DNA of 64,000 bases from a virus (IMGVR_UViG_3300029522_000074); one strand, 5' to 3'; positions 10,087-20,547 are shown, counted from the first letter of the stretch. Notes: generated from the letters alone by a model not told the origin. Made by a program: numbers and translations.

Positions 10087-10348
10087 TAGACTGAAAATAT
10101 TTTTTGATATTGATTACAGTTCAAATAAGGAATATTGGATTCCAATTAATGAGATTAAAATTAGAGAAGAATTTCTTGCTACTCCACCCAATTACAGAAA
10201 ATTCAGGAAGAAAGAAAATACATTCATCAAGTATGGTGAACTGGGGAAGATTATAATTGACAGAAATTATGAATTGATAGACGGATATTGTTCGTATCTT
10301 ATTTGCAAGAAATATGACATAGGTAAAGCTCCTGTGTGGTTTGAATAA
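10073..10348 (+). CDS. Small ParB-like fold protein
   Basis: IIIDRNYELIDGYCSYL motif; GGAGG RBS. Confidence 0.5.
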   Translation: MRIIDRLKIFFDIDYSSNKEYWIPINEIKIREEFLATPPNYRKFRKKENTFIKYGELGKIIIDRNYELIDGYCSYLICKKYDIGKAPVWFE

Positions 10349-10398
10349 TTGTAAATAGAAATTTCATTTAGAGAATATATAAGTGGAGGTAAATTTAT

Positions 10399-10614
10399 AT
10401 GAATAATAATTTTGACAATGTTGAAGAAATGAAAGAATTGATTATAGATGAACTTTCGGAATGTGAATTTGACAGCAATTTCAGATGTGAAGAATGTTCT
10501 GAATTGGAGCAATGTTATTGCAAAGCATCTATAAAATCATCTCATGAATTCGCAGAGAGCTTAGATTATGGTGGATATGATTCTGAAGATGAATTTTGGG
10601 AGAATTTAGATTAA
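10399..10614 (+). CDS. Hypothetical acidic Cys-containing protein
   Basis: ORF with GGAGG RBS. Confidence 0.65.
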   Translation: MNNNFDNVEEMKELIIDELSECEFDSNFRCEECSELEQCYCKASIKSSHEFAESLDYGGYDSEDEFWENLD

Positions 10615-10631
10615 ATATGGAGGTATAACTA

Positions 10632-13499
10632 TTGGATAATACAGGAATTTACATACCATCTATTGATGCAAAGGATATTTATTTATCAGCACATTACATT
10701 GAGGAAAATCCAGAAGGATATAATTTAAAACTCAAAGATGGACAGTATAATTTACGAAAATTTATTAATACACTTGATTACAGTTTGGATCTTATAGAAT
10801 TAAAAGATATTTATTATAGGAAATTTAGAAAACATGATTTTTCATTTAGAATTAAAAAGCACGATTATTCTGTGAATGTAATTAATCTCACATTTAAGTA
10901 TTCCGTTAAAGAATGGAATCAGATGAACAAAAACACTTTTGTAAGACTTGGATATGATTACAGAGAACTTACATTTGAAGATGGAATTGCTAAAAATAGC
11001 GAAGGTGAAATTGTTGGGATTAAGACGAATGAAAAAATTGAAGATCCGATTGATATACCAAAACCATTTGTTAAAAAGCAGGTAAACATCTACGACAAAA
11101 AAGATAAATCTATTGTCAAAGAGATTCAAACTCAGTATCACAAAAAGGGTGAACCAAAGACTATAAAGACAAATGCAGAACTTAGAACTGAGTTGTATAA
11201 AGATGGATTTATATGTAATGGTATTAAATATTGTCGTATGAAACGTTCTACTGGTTCAGCAAGAGTTGGTAAATGTCTCTTTATCAGAGAAGATTTATAT
11301 GAATCAATTTTAAAGTTCAGTTCAGGTAGTCTTAAATACAATCAAGGCGATCCAATTGACTTAGCTGCATATGAGGGATATATTGCTCTTCCATCTAGTA
11401 GTATTATTGATACAATTTCAATTAAACCAGAAAATATTCTTTTAATTGATGACTATGATAGCATATTTAATGAGGATGTAATCGAGACTCACGATGAAGA
11501 TGGATGGCTTAAAACCACTGAAAAGAATTGTAAAATCACAAATACAATTTGGGATGGTCAGTCTCTTATGGATATATCATTATTTGGTGATTATTCAGAA
11601 TATGGTATGCTTCTGCTTAGAAATCTAATGTTCAAGTCTTGTTGTTTTAACTGCAATATCCAACAATGGTTCAAAGATAATAATATAACAGATGTATCTC
11701 AGCTCAATGGTAAAACAAGAGCTACACGCATTGAAGATGTAAAGCTAATTACCACACCTAACAGTATTAAATATTTGAAATTTAGTACATGGGACGAATG
11801 GCTTGACCACTTATATTCTGATTTTGGTGTTGTAAAGCATGATAAGAAAACTCACTTCTTTGGTGGTCGTTTGGTACAGACTCATTATCAATTACTCAAT
11901 ACTCTTCAGATGTCAAAAGATGAAGTAAGGGAATTTTTGCAGGAATCACTCGACTTTGCACAAATGCTTAGAGATAGACCAGAAGTTGTGCGCTATTACA
12001 TTAAATATCCTGATATTGATGAAATGTCACCTATGGATAAACCTATGAGTAGTAAGAATGATGTAGTTTATAACTTAATGTGTGTGAATGATAATTTTAC
12101 AAAAACAAAATACTATCAAGAATTTCTTATTGACTTACTTCGTTCATATTACAAAAATCTCAAAAATGGACATATTTATGTAAATGGTAATTACTCTACT
12201 CTTCTTGGCAATCCAATAGAAATGCTACAACAATCAATCGGTAAGTTTGAAGGAAAAAGTCAAATTGGAATTGGCAACATACATAGTACACGTTTTGAAT
12301 ATAACAAAACTCTTCTTGCTAGTCGTTCACCTCATGTTACAATTGGAAACATTTGGCTTCCATATAATACGGAGAATAAATTGATAGATTGTTATCTTAA
12401 TCTTACAAATGAGATTGTGTGTATTAATTCTATTGGAGAAAATGTATTGCAGAGACTATCGGGTGCTGATTTTGATAGTGATACAGTAATGTTAACAGAT
12501 AATGAAAAACTCATTCGTGCAGCTAAAAGAAATTATCATATATTCAAAACACCAACATCGTTTGTTAGTTCAACAAAAGTTAAAAGATATTATACACCTG
12601 AACAACAGGCAGATCTTGATATTAAAACATCTGTAAATAAAATCGGTGAAATTGTTAATCTATCACAAGAATTAAATTCTTTACTTTGGGATAAGATGTA
12701 TCATGGTGCTACTTATGATGATATTAAGGAATTGTATTATGATATATGTCAGTTAGATGTTATGTCTGGAATTGAAATTGATAAAGCAAAGAAAGAATTT
12801 ATTATCAACAATGGTAAGGAGTTAGACAAGTTACGTGAAAAGTATGATGAGTTTGTGCGTGAATATGAAGAAAATGAAGAAGGCGAATTAGTAAGAGGCA
12901 AAAAGCGTATGCCACACTTCTTCTCTCATATCTCTAAACAAAAAGGATATTACAATCCCGACAAGAAACATTATTGTAAATGTCACACTTCGATGGATTA
13001 TTTGCAGACTATTATTAATGGATTTAAAATTAAGAATCCTTATAAAAAGGATTGGCTTCCATTTGTATCTATATTAGATAACTCTTTATTTAGGACATCT
13101 AGTATAAATCAAAAACAGATAAATCGAATTTATAGTATTTTAAAGAAATACATAAATGAAAGGAAGAATATATTCGCCATTGATTCCGACTCAAAAGAAG
13201 AACGAAATGATAAAGCAAATAAGCTTAAAGTTGATTTAATTGCAGATATTGAATCAGAAACAATTGGTTTTTCAACATTATATCGTTTACTTTCTTCTCT
13301 TGAGGATAAAGAAAATTCTCAAATCAAAAATCTTTTATTAGAAGTTTTGTATCTTTGTGGTAATGATAGCTTTAATAAAGCTATTATCCAATCTAAAAAT
13401 GAAATTCTCCAATTAGAAGGTAATGGATCTGATATTAAATTATTTAATATTGGGTTTAAAATTACAAAAAAACAAGTAAATTCGGAAATTGACAGCTAA
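10632..13499 (+). CDS. yonO: Single-subunit phage RNA polymerase, SPbeta YonO family (RdRP-like double-psi barrel)
   Basis: Catalytic LSGADFDSD motif plus RSTGSARVG, WDGQSL, RSPHV and IEIDKAKK; position upstream of an SPbeta-like structural module. Confidence 0.85.
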   Translation: MDNTGIYIPSIDAKDIYLSAHYIEENPEGYNLKLKDGQYNLRKFINTLDYSLDLIELKDIYYRKFRKHDFSFRIKKHDYSVNVINLTFKYSVKEWNQMNKNTFVRLGYDYRELTFEDGIAKNSEGEIVGIKTNEKIEDPIDIPKPFVKKQVNIYDKKDKSIVKEIQTQYHKKGEPKTIKTNAELRTELYKDGFICNGIKYCRMKRSTGSARVGKCLFIREDLYESILKFSSGSLKYNQGDPIDLAAYEGYIALPSSSIIDTISIKPENILLIDDYDSIFNEDVIETHDEDGWLKTTEKNCKITNTIWDGQSLMDISLFGDYSEYGMLLLRNLMFKSCCFNCNIQQWFKDNNITDVSQLNGKTRATRIEDVKLITTPNSIKYLKFSTWDEWLDHLYSDFGVVKHDKKTHFFGGRLVQTHYQLLNTLQMSKDEVREFLQESLDFAQMLRDRPEVVRYYIKYPDIDEMSPMDKPMSSKNDVVYNLMCVNDNFTKTKYYQEFLIDLLRSYYKNLKNGHIYVNGNYSTLLGNPIEMLQQSIGKFEGKSQIGIGNIHSTRFEYNKTLLASRSPHVTIGNIWLPYNTENKLIDCYLNLTNEIVCINSIGENVLQRLSGADFDSDTVMLTDNEKLIRAAKRNYHIFKTPTSFVSSTKVKRYYTPEQQADLDIKTSVNKIGEIVNLSQELNSLLWDKMYHGATYDDIKELYYDICQLDVMSGIEIDKAKKEFIINNGKELDKLREKYDEFVREYEENEEGELVRGKKRMPHFFSHISKQKGYYNPDKKHYCKCHTSMDYLQTIINGFKIKNPYKKDWLPFVSILDNSLFRTSSINQKQINRIYSILKKYINERKNIFAIDSDSKEERNDKANKLKVDLIADIESETIGFSTLYRLLSSLEDKENSQIKNLLLEVLYLCGNDSFNKAIIQSKNEILQLEGNGSDIKLFNIGFKITKKQVNSEIDS

Positions 13500-13631
13500 T
13501 TACAGTTCTCATATGAGAGCGAAATTAAAGTTACATAGGAGAGGGTAGTTTTCTACTTATTACTTTTATGATTACTGCCCTACTCTATTGTAATATTCTA
13601 TAAATGCGATTATAGCAAAGGAGGAATTACA

Positions 13632-13946
13632 ATACAACAAGGAAAAAAATATTATAATCAAAATGATATTGCAAATGAAATTCGTAATAGGATTGATTGT
13701 TCATCAATAGATGTACTTCGTGTACTTAATTCGTTAGGTGATGTGGTAAAGGATAAATTTAGTGATAGTGATGAATATGTTGAATTAAAAATATTTCCTG
13801 GACTAAAAGTAACTTCAAGATATATACCACTTGAACAATCTAAATCTAATCTTAATTTAAAAAATAATTCTATTTTATCTATTACTTCAGTGTTCACTGA
13901 TGATTTTCGTAAAAAAGTTAGAGAATTACATAATAATTTAGAATGA
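13632..13946 (+). CDS. HU/IHF-like DNA-binding protein, probable ATA start
   Basis: AAGGAGG RBS then ATA at 13632, in frame with ORF 13743..13946; N-terminal helices NQNDIANEIRNRIDCSSIDVLRVLNSL. Confidence 0.5.
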   Translation: MQQGKKYYNQNDIANEIRNRIDCSSIDVLRVLNSLGDVVKDKFSDSDEYVELKIFPGLKVTSRYIPLEQSKSNLNLKNNSILSITSVFTDDFRKKVRELHNNLE

Positions 13947-14074
13947 AATCAGCTTTTCTTAATATCCTGCCCTATGGGGCATTACATAATATTAAAGGTT
14001 TATCTTATAAATTAACCTCTCTTTCTTATATCGGTGGTTATATTATTAAAAAATGGTGTAATCACTGATACTCT

Positions 14075-14146
14075 TCCCATATAGTTCAATGGTAGAGCAA
14101 CGGACTGTTAATCCGTAAGTTACAGGTTCGAATCCTGTTGTGGGAG
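14075..14146 (+). tRNA. tRNA-Asn(GTT)
   Basis: Cloverleaf: TCCCATA/TGTGGGA, anticodon arm ACGGA-CTGTTAA-TCCGT, GGTTCGAATCC; no encoded CCA. Confidence 0.93.
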
Positions 14147-14159
14147 TTATCCTATTTTT

Positions 14160-14945
14160 ATAGGACTGGTCGGTTTCAGATCAGAGAATATTAAATTCTA
14201 AAATAAGCATGGTGACATGTATAAAGTGGTTCTTATCGTATTATAAGGCTGCGACTGTAGTGATATAGTTTGACGGAAAACACATAGGATTTATACCTAA
14301 CCTAAAATCAGAGGGCTACTGCTAATGATATGGTTCGGTAGGTGTCATGAGAAAGGCACTGTTAATTAACACAGAAATGTGGGGATAATCCGTGTATGGT
14401 TGGTGGGAATACCGCAAGTATAACTGCTGGTCAGATTTTGGTAATATTTCTTAAGTTGAAAAACAGGGATAGAATCAAAAAGTAAGGAGATCGCAATCCG
14501 AGCAGGATGGTGATGATTGGGCGGTACTCAAAAGGTACTGATGGTCAAATATACACCTCATCATCCATTTGTAAGTACATACTTTTGGTGAATGAAGAAA
14601 ATTTCTTAATAATAAAAATATCATTTGATTTACTGATAGAAAATAACAAGCAAAAGTGTGTATGACCGCAAAGAGAAAAACAACTTATTGTCCTGTAATA
14701 TGGACACATATAACACTCGCAAGGTGTTATGTGAGAAAGTACAAGTATATGCAACTCTAATAGGCTGCAACCTATGAATCTCGCAAGGAAGAATGTGTAA
14801 AAAGAAAATCTATAACGCTTTGTGGTAAGAGTTTGCCAATTTTTCGCAAAATTGGTGTTGTTGTTACCTACAGTCTAATCGACTGTGTGATAAATTGTGT
14901 CCAACCACAATAGATGGTAACGTGTTAGGTCAATATCTCAGCCTA
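14160..14945 (+). ncRNA. Large ornate ncRNA, GOLLD-like (ROOL is the alternative)
   Basis: About 780 nt without a plausible ORF between two tRNAs; many GNRA-capped hairpins (e.g. ATAACACTC-GCAA-GGTGTTAT, GCATG-GTGA-CATGT, CACA-GAAA-TGTG); terminator directly after. Confidence 0.6.
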
Positions 14946-14955
14946 AAGAAATAAA

Positions 14956-14983
14956 GTCTCATGCGAAAGCATGGGATTTTTTA
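14956..14983 (+). terminator. Rho-independent terminator after the large ncRNA
   Basis: AGTCTCATGC-GAAA-GCATGGGATT followed by a T-run. Confidence 0.75.
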
Positions 14984-14987
14984 TTTT

Positions 14988-15062
14988 GCTCTCTTCGTAT
15001 AGTTTGGTTTAGTACGACTGACTTGTAATCAGTAAACGGCAGTTCAAAGCTGTCAGAGAGCT
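14988..15062 (+). tRNA. tRNA-Thr(TGT)
   Basis: GCTCTCT/AGAGAGC acceptor, ACTGA-CTTGTAA-TCAGT, T-arm GGCAG-TTCAAAG-CTGTC. Confidence 0.85.
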
Positions 15063-15099
15063 TCACTTCTGCTATTCAGCAGAAAATAAATCAAAGGAT

Positions 15100-15264
15100 G
15101 TGAAAATTATTAAACAGATTTCTAAAAGTGAAATTGAAAAATTGTTATCCGAAGGTGTAATTAGAAATACAAGACGAGGATATGTAGACCGGAATGGTGA
15201 ACATATTGGATATTACAAGACTTGTGGTGGAAAGCGTTACATTGAAGATAAATACGTTAAGTAG
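15100..15264 (+). CDS. Hypothetical ~52-aa protein (GTG or ATT start)
   Basis: AAAGGA RBS; IKQISKSEIEKLLSEGVIRNTRRGYVD...EDKYVK*. Confidence 0.55.
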   Translation: MKIIKQISKSEIEKLLSEGVIRNTRRGYVDRNGEHIGYYKTCGGKRYIEDKYVK

Positions 15265-15273
15265 GTTCTGTCT

Positions 15274-15585
15274 ATGAAAAATAGAATTGAGTATAAAGGT
15301 TTTTATATTGACAAGACTGAAAATGGCTACCGTATCTGTAGAAAAGAAGATACAGAAAAACATACTCATCTTTCAAATCTTAATCCATCGTATAAGCTGA
15401 TAGACAATGTATTATCAAATAAAATTCCTACTCGTTGTAGGTGTTATTATTTGGAGTCACATATTCGTTTAAGTTATGATGAAAATTATATTAGGAAGAT
15501 TTGTGAGTATATCAAAGTAAAACAGAATAAAACGAAACAAATGTATTTTAATCCTGGCAGAAAGCATTCTGGTGGGAATTTTTAA
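15274..15585 (+). CDS. Hypothetical protein
   Basis: ORF track. Confidence 0.65.
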   Translation: MKNRIEYKGFYIDKTENGYRICRKEDTEKHTHLSNLNPSYKLIDNVLSNKIPTRCRCYYLESHIRLSYDENYIRKICEYIKVKQNKTKQMYFNPGRKHSGGNF

Positions 15586-15608
15586 TTTTATGGAGGATTT
15601 AAAGGATT

Positions 15609-15818
15609 ATGGCAAATTTTGTTTTTAAGGAAACCAAGCAGACTTCTATGAAGATTGCAGGTATCATTGACACAGATAATATGACTGTTGAAGTAGATGG
15701 CGAAGAAAAGAAACTTGCTACTCTTCTATCGGTATTTAACGGTGGTGGTGTTGAAATAAATGTGAAGGTAAAAGAGGAAAATGAACTCGATGAGCCTACT
15801 GAATCTAATAAAGAATAG
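15609..15818 (+). CDS. YonK-like protein
   Basis: G.ID.D.M.V...L..FNG..V.I.VKEENEL pattern resembles SPbeta YonK; synteny. Confidence 0.6.
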   Translation: MANFVFKETKQTSMKIAGIIDTDNMTVEVDGEEKKLATLLSVFNGGGVEINVKVKEENELDEPTESNKE

Positions 15819-15825
15819 AGAGTAG

Positions 15826-17046
15826 GTGATTATTATATCTGATTTTACAAAATTGGAAAACGAAAATTATCATACATATATATGGCGATTAGATCAGTTG
15901 ATAAATTCTGGGAAATATCATAATTGGAGAGAGATAACACCAATGGTTAATAAAGAATTATTTGGTGATGATGAATCTCAATATAGAGATGAATCTGCTT
16001 ACAGAAAAGCCTGTAAATATGCAAAAGATTTTAAGGAAGCTGGCGTATTTAATTCTGATAATGAGTATTTAAAGGAATTGCAGATTCAAAAACGTGAATT
16101 GGAAAAAGAACGCAAGAAGCTTCATAGCGAAAAGCTTGAATATAATAAGTGGCTTAGAGAAGACGCAAGAGATGAACTTATTGCGGAAAAAATTTGTGAG
16201 GCAATTTTAAATCTTCCCCTTTTAAATATTCCAGAATATATCAAGCCAATTCATAACACTAAAGCATATTGTCTGGTTTTTGGTGATGAACATTATGGTG
16301 CAGAATTTGAATTAAAAGATTTGTTTGGGAATATTATTAATTCATATAGTCCTGAGATATTTGAAGAAAGAATGTATGATTTATTTGACCAAACAGTTGA
16401 AATAATTCATAAAGAAAATATTGATACTCTTAATGTATATTCTATGGGTGATTTTTCGGATGGCTGTCTCAGAGTATCACAGCTTATGAAATTAAGATGT
16501 GGAGTTGTCGATGGTACTATTCAGTATGCAAATTTTATAACTAATTGGCTTAATAATCTTACAAAACATGTTCATATTAAATTCCAAATGACTGATGGAA
16601 ATCATACAGAACTCCGTATGTTAGGTCAACCAAAAGGAACTTTTACAGAAGATAATATGGGAAAAGTTGTAAGAGAATTTATTAAAATTAGATTAGCGGA
16701 TAATCCTAATTTTACTTTTATCGAAAATCCAACAGGTTATATTTATGGACAACTTGCATGTAATACTGTTATGGGAATACACGGTGAAGTACGTGATATG
16801 GAGCGAGCATTAAAAGATTTCTCTAATATTTATAATGTTCCAATTCAGTATTTATTCGCAGGACATCTACATCATTCAAAAGTTGAAGAAATTGGTATTA
16901 ATTCAGAAGTTATAAATGTTCCATCAATTATTGGGGTTGATCCATATTCTCTTTCTTTGAATAAGACTTCAAATGCCGCTGGAAAATTAATTATATTCGA
17001 GCAAAATAAAGGAAAAGTATGTGAATATACACTCAAATTAAATTAG
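15826..17046 (+). CDS. Calcineurin-like metallophosphoesterase (SPbeta YonJ-like)
   Basis: GDEHYG, MGD, DGNH, IHG and GHLHH motifs. Confidence 0.8.
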   Translation: MIIISDFTKLENENYHTYIWRLDQLINSGKYHNWREITPMVNKELFGDDESQYRDESAYRKACKYAKDFKEAGVFNSDNEYLKELQIQKRELEKERKKLHSEKLEYNKWLREDARDELIAEKICEAILNLPLLNIPEYIKPIHNTKAYCLVFGDEHYGAEFELKDLFGNIINSYSPEIFEERMYDLFDQTVEIIHKENIDTLNVYSMGDFSDGCLRVSQLMKLRCGVVDGTIQYANFITNWLNNLTKHVHIKFQMTDGNHTELRMLGQPKGTFTEDNMGKVVREFIKIRLADNPNFTFIENPTGYIYGQLACNTVMGIHGEVRDMERALKDFSNIYNVPIQYLFAGHLHHSKVEEIGINSEVINVPSIIGVDPYSLSLNKTSNAAGKLIIFEQNKGKVCEYTLKLN

Positions 17047-17269
17047 AACTTATTTGCAACAAATATTATATAGAATCAGTTGCAATTAGATAATAAACAA
17101 AACAAATTTTAGTTAATATATGCAAATATTCTGAATAATTTTAAATTATGTAAATATTACGCATATTTTGACTGACGAAGCCACTATTAGAGGGAGTGTA
17201 CCTTATATGGACGCTACCCTCTTTTATATTACAAAGTAAAATTAAGGAAAATAAAGGAGATTTTAAAAC

Positions 17270-17554
17270 ATGGTAAAGAACGAATTAGTAGGCGCAATTG
17301 CAGAAAGAATTGAAGGAGCTAAGAAAGGTGATATTGCTCTTATACTTGATACATACGCAGAGGTTATTACAGATACATTAAAAGCTGATGCTACAGAATC
17401 TGTTCCTGTTGGTAAGCTTGGTAAATTTAAGGTTAAGGATGTACCTGAGAGAACAGGCAAGATTATGTTAGGTGACAGAAAAGGTGAGGAATATATAACT
17501 CCTGCCCATCAGGAAATTACATTTAAGATGAATAAGTCAGCAAAGCAGCTTTAA
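17270..17554 (+). CDS. hup: HU family histone-like DNA-binding protein
   Basis: MVKNELVGAIAE...GKLGKFKVKDVPERTG...PAHQEITFK. Confidence 0.9.
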   Translation: MVKNELVGAIAERIEGAKKGDIALILDTYAEVITDTLKADATESVPVGKLGKFKVKDVPERTGKIMLGDRKGEEYITPAHQEITFKMNKSAKQL

Positions 17555-17566
17555 TTCTGAAGGGGC

Positions 17567-18226
17567 GTGATTACTATAGATACAATAATTATAAATGATA
17601 TACATGAATTAGCTGATTGGACTAATTCAATGTATCATAATGTAGTTTCTTATGATAATTTAAACAGTATAGCAATTGTTGCCAAGTATTATGAAGCAAA
17701 GACATTAATCGAAACTCTTATTACTGAAAGAGGTTTTGAAATTTCAAGTATTAAAGAACTCGGCGATTCTAATGTCAATGGTTATACAGATGAATATATT
17801 ATCACATTATTTGTTAATGAAATTGGTTGTGAGCCTGCAAAAGATAATAATGGATATAAGGACATATGCGGAGAAGCCGTTTATGTTCTTGAGAATTGCA
17901 ATTCTAAGATAATGTCGCATGTTTATGGTGAGAATATATTTGAAGTATATATTGATAATATCAAAGATACTGATGATGACTACGATGAAGATTGTGAGAA
18001 TTGCGATTGTTGTGGTAATGATACTCATTATTTTGATGTAAAATCTGGAACTTATGAGATTAATGGTAAAAAGGTATCTAAGAAAGAATTGTCAAAATAC
18101 TTAGAAAAGAATATCGAAGAAATGTCAAAATGGACTGAAACTGCTTCTTCTATACTTTCTGAATATGAAGCAATTCATAATAGCATTAAGAGAATCTATG
18201 AACTTGATGATTTGTTAAGATTTTAA
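17567..18226 (+). CDS. Hypothetical protein
   Basis: ORF track. Confidence 0.7.
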   Translation: MITIDTIIINDIHELADWTNSMYHNVVSYDNLNSIAIVAKYYEAKTLIETLITERGFEISSIKELGDSNVNGYTDEYIITLFVNEIGCEPAKDNNGYKDICGEAVYVLENCNSKIMSHVYGENIFEVYIDNIKDTDDDYDEDCENCDCCGNDTHYFDVKSGTYEINGKKVSKKELSKYLEKNIEEMSKWTETASSILSEYEAIHNSIKRIYELDDLLRF

Positions 18227-18339
18227 GTAGTAATATGTTGCGCATTAAGGCTTTATTTAGGCGTTAATTAGCAATATGTGGCTAGTTAATAATTAGAATC
18301 TTTGGAGTGTGTTGTGCATACTGCACACTCTTTTTACAT

Positions 18340-18419
18340 GGGTAGGTCGTATAGCGGCAATTACACCTGACTGTAAATCAGGCGCTTCGGCTTCGTTGGT
18401 TCGAGTCCAACCCTGCCCA
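18340..18419 (+). tRNA. tRNA-Tyr(GTA)
   Basis: GGGTAGG/CCTGCCC acceptor, CCTGA-CTGTAAA-TCAGG, long variable arm, GGTTCGAGTCC. Confidence 0.93.
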
Positions 18420-18587
18420 CTAATTTGATGTTTCTGTGAATGGAAACAGAGAATAAATATATGTACTCATGATTGGTGTCATAGCTGATTGTGGGATTTA
18501 TGATGAATATATAAAAATGCGACAAAGAAGCGGTTAGTTAATGATACTACTGCTTCTTTTTTGTTGTTTGAAAGGAAGTGAGATTTA

Positions 18588-19622
18588 ATGGGTAGAAAAA
18601 TACAACACAATAATATTGTTACTGATGAGTTATTAACTCAGTGCAACAAAGAGAATATAGAGTTAGGAAATGACTTTTTGGATTATCTTCGTTCAGTTGA
18701 TAGATCTCCAAATACAATCAATGCATATAGACGTGACCTTTACATTTTCTGGGTGTATTTACTTCAGCATTGTAACAACAAATTCTTTATTGATTTATCT
18801 AAGAGGGATATTGCTCGTTATCAGAGTTTTTGTCTTTCTGAATATAAATGGTCGCCAGCTAGAATGCGTAGAATAAAATCTACTCTCTCTTCTCTTTCAA
18901 ATTATGTCGAAGCTATATTAGATGATGAGTATGAGAACTTTAAACCGATTATACGCAAAATTGAAAATCCTGCAAATGAGAAAGTATTTACTAAAACTGT
19001 GTTATCTGATGAACAAGTACAGGGAATGCTTGATTATTGGGTTGAAAAAGGTAAGTATGACAAGGCTTGTATTTTAGCATTAGCTGCATTTAGTGGCAGA
19101 CGTAAGAGTGAATTACCACGCTTCAAAGTATCTTATTTCGATGACGAAAATATCATATACGGTTCTTTATATAAGACACCTGAAAAGATCCAAACAAAAG
19201 GAAGAGGATCTCGTGGAAAAATGTTAGTAGCATATACACTTGCAAAACCGTTTAAACCATATTTTGATTTGTGGATGAATTATAGAAAAGAACACGGAAT
19301 TGAATCAGAATGGTTATTTCCAAAGAAAGTAAATGGAGAATATATAGATGAACCTATGGATTCAAGCACTCTTGACAGTTGGGCTGATACGTTTAGTAAA
19401 CATTTAGGAGAAGACTTCTATTTCCATAGTCTTCGTCATTTCTTTACAACTTCTTGTTCTCGAAGTGGACTTCCTGATGATGTAATTCAAATGCTAGTCG
19501 GTTGGAATTCGCTTGATATGGTTGCGGTGTACAAGGATATTGATGCAGATGAGCAATTTGCAAAATATTTTGCTGATGGAGAAATTAAAAAGGTTGAACA
19601 AAAATCACTTTCTGATCTTTAG
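18588..19622 (+). CDS. Tyrosine recombinase/integrase
   Basis: SGRRKSE (R), HSLRH, GW and catalytic Y in MVAVYKD. Confidence 0.9.
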   Translation: MGRKIQHNNIVTDELLTQCNKENIELGNDFLDYLRSVDRSPNTINAYRRDLYIFWVYLLQHCNNKFFIDLSKRDIARYQSFCLSEYKWSPARMRRIKSTLSSLSNYVEAILDDEYENFKPIIRKIENPANEKVFTKTVLSDEQVQGMLDYWVEKGKYDKACILALAAFSGRRKSELPRFKVSYFDDENIIYGSLYKTPEKIQTKGRGSRGKMLVAYTLAKPFKPYFDLWMNYRKEHGIESEWLFPKKVNGEYIDEPMDSSTLDSWADTFSKHLGEDFYFHSLRHFFTTSCSRSGLPDDVIQMLVGWNSLDMVAVYKDIDADEQFAKYFADGEIKKVEQKSLSDL

Positions 19623-19634
19623 TTTTATCTAAAA

Positions 19635-20279
19635 TCACTTCTTCTTATTCCAACACTTCTTCACATAACAACCAAATTTAATAATTTTAACCCCTAGAAT
19701 ACCTATCCCTTTAATTATAATCTTAATAAGAAAAATAACTAAGAATACCCCTCCGCATACAAATGCATATTTGTAGACCACATCTTCATTATTAAATAAA
19801 GCTGCAATTATAAATGACATATAAATAATTAGCCCATCTACTCCACAGAAAAATATGAACTTATCGTCTTTAGATAAATACATAACACTCTGTATAAAAT
19901 TAGGTTCAAGATATCCTAATCTTCTGCGTAGATATGAGTTTCTATCATATATGTTATTTTTGAAATTATTGTAGTTATATTTATTATGATTGTCTTTTAA
20001 TATTATATATGTTTTATGAGTGGATCTATCAATATATTTGATATTATAATCATTCATATAAGTTGATATATGATTTATAACATCATCTATAGTATTTTCA
20101 TTATATTCCTTATTATTGTTTAAAATTTTATACAGGGGATAATAAATTCGATTATATGCAATTTTCATATTATCTAATGGAACATTCTTATTATAATTAT
20201 ATTTGGTTACAATAAAGGTAAATATACCTGTTATAAGTGCAGGAAGAATTATTTTTAATATTTCTATAAATGATTCCAT
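19635..20279 (-). CDS. AT-rich membrane protein (moron), about 3 TM segments
   Basis: Hydrophobic N-terminal and two C-terminal segments; opposite strand; GAGG RBS. Confidence 0.7.
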   Translation of the reverse strand: MESFIEILKIILPALITGIFTFIVTKYNYNKNVPLDNMKIAYNRIYYPLYKILNNNKEYNENTIDDVINHISTYMNDYNIKYIDRSTHKTYIILKDNHNKYNYNNFKNNIYDRNSYLRRRLGYLEPNFIQSVMYLSKDDKFIFFCGVDGLIIYMSFIIAALFNNEDVVYKYAFVCGGVFLVIFLIKIIIKGIGILGVKIIKFGCYVKKCWNKKK

Positions 20280-20338
20280 AATTTTACCTCATTATATTTT
20301 TACTTGCATCAGCTAATTATATGTGTTATAATACAAAC

Positions 20339-20455
20339 CAAAAGAAACAAGCAATTATCCGTTAGACGGTTGAGCCAATATAATCAACAATGGCTAAATA
20401 AATATAATATTCAACACATTAATGACCGTGCTTTGGCGAGTGGCGGTCATTTTTG
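20339..20455 (+). ncRNA. Putative antisense antitoxin RNA
   Basis: Promoter TTGCAT-17-TATAAT (20304-20332); terminator AATGACCG...CGGTCATTTTT overlapping the 3' end of the toxin ORF. Confidence 0.6.
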
Positions 20456-20547
20456 TGTTTATCAAGAACTCTAACTAGGTATGTAGAGCAAATTCCGCTT
20501 ACTATACCAGTTACTAATGTAAAAATTAGTAAACCACAAAATGTCAC
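20419..20547 (-). CDS. 42-aa type I toxin-like peptide (Fst/Ldr-like architecture)
   Basis: GTG start with AAGAAGGA RBS; MTFCGLLIFTLVTGIVSGICSTYLVRVLDKHKNDRHSPKHGH. Confidence 0.7.
   Translation of the reverse strand: MTFCGLLIFTLVTGIVSGICSTYLVRVLDKHKNDRHSPKHGH

Noticed and set aside
17171..17225. Hammerhead-like CTGACGA
   Set aside because: No matching GAAA core or stems; the following hairpin looks like a terminator
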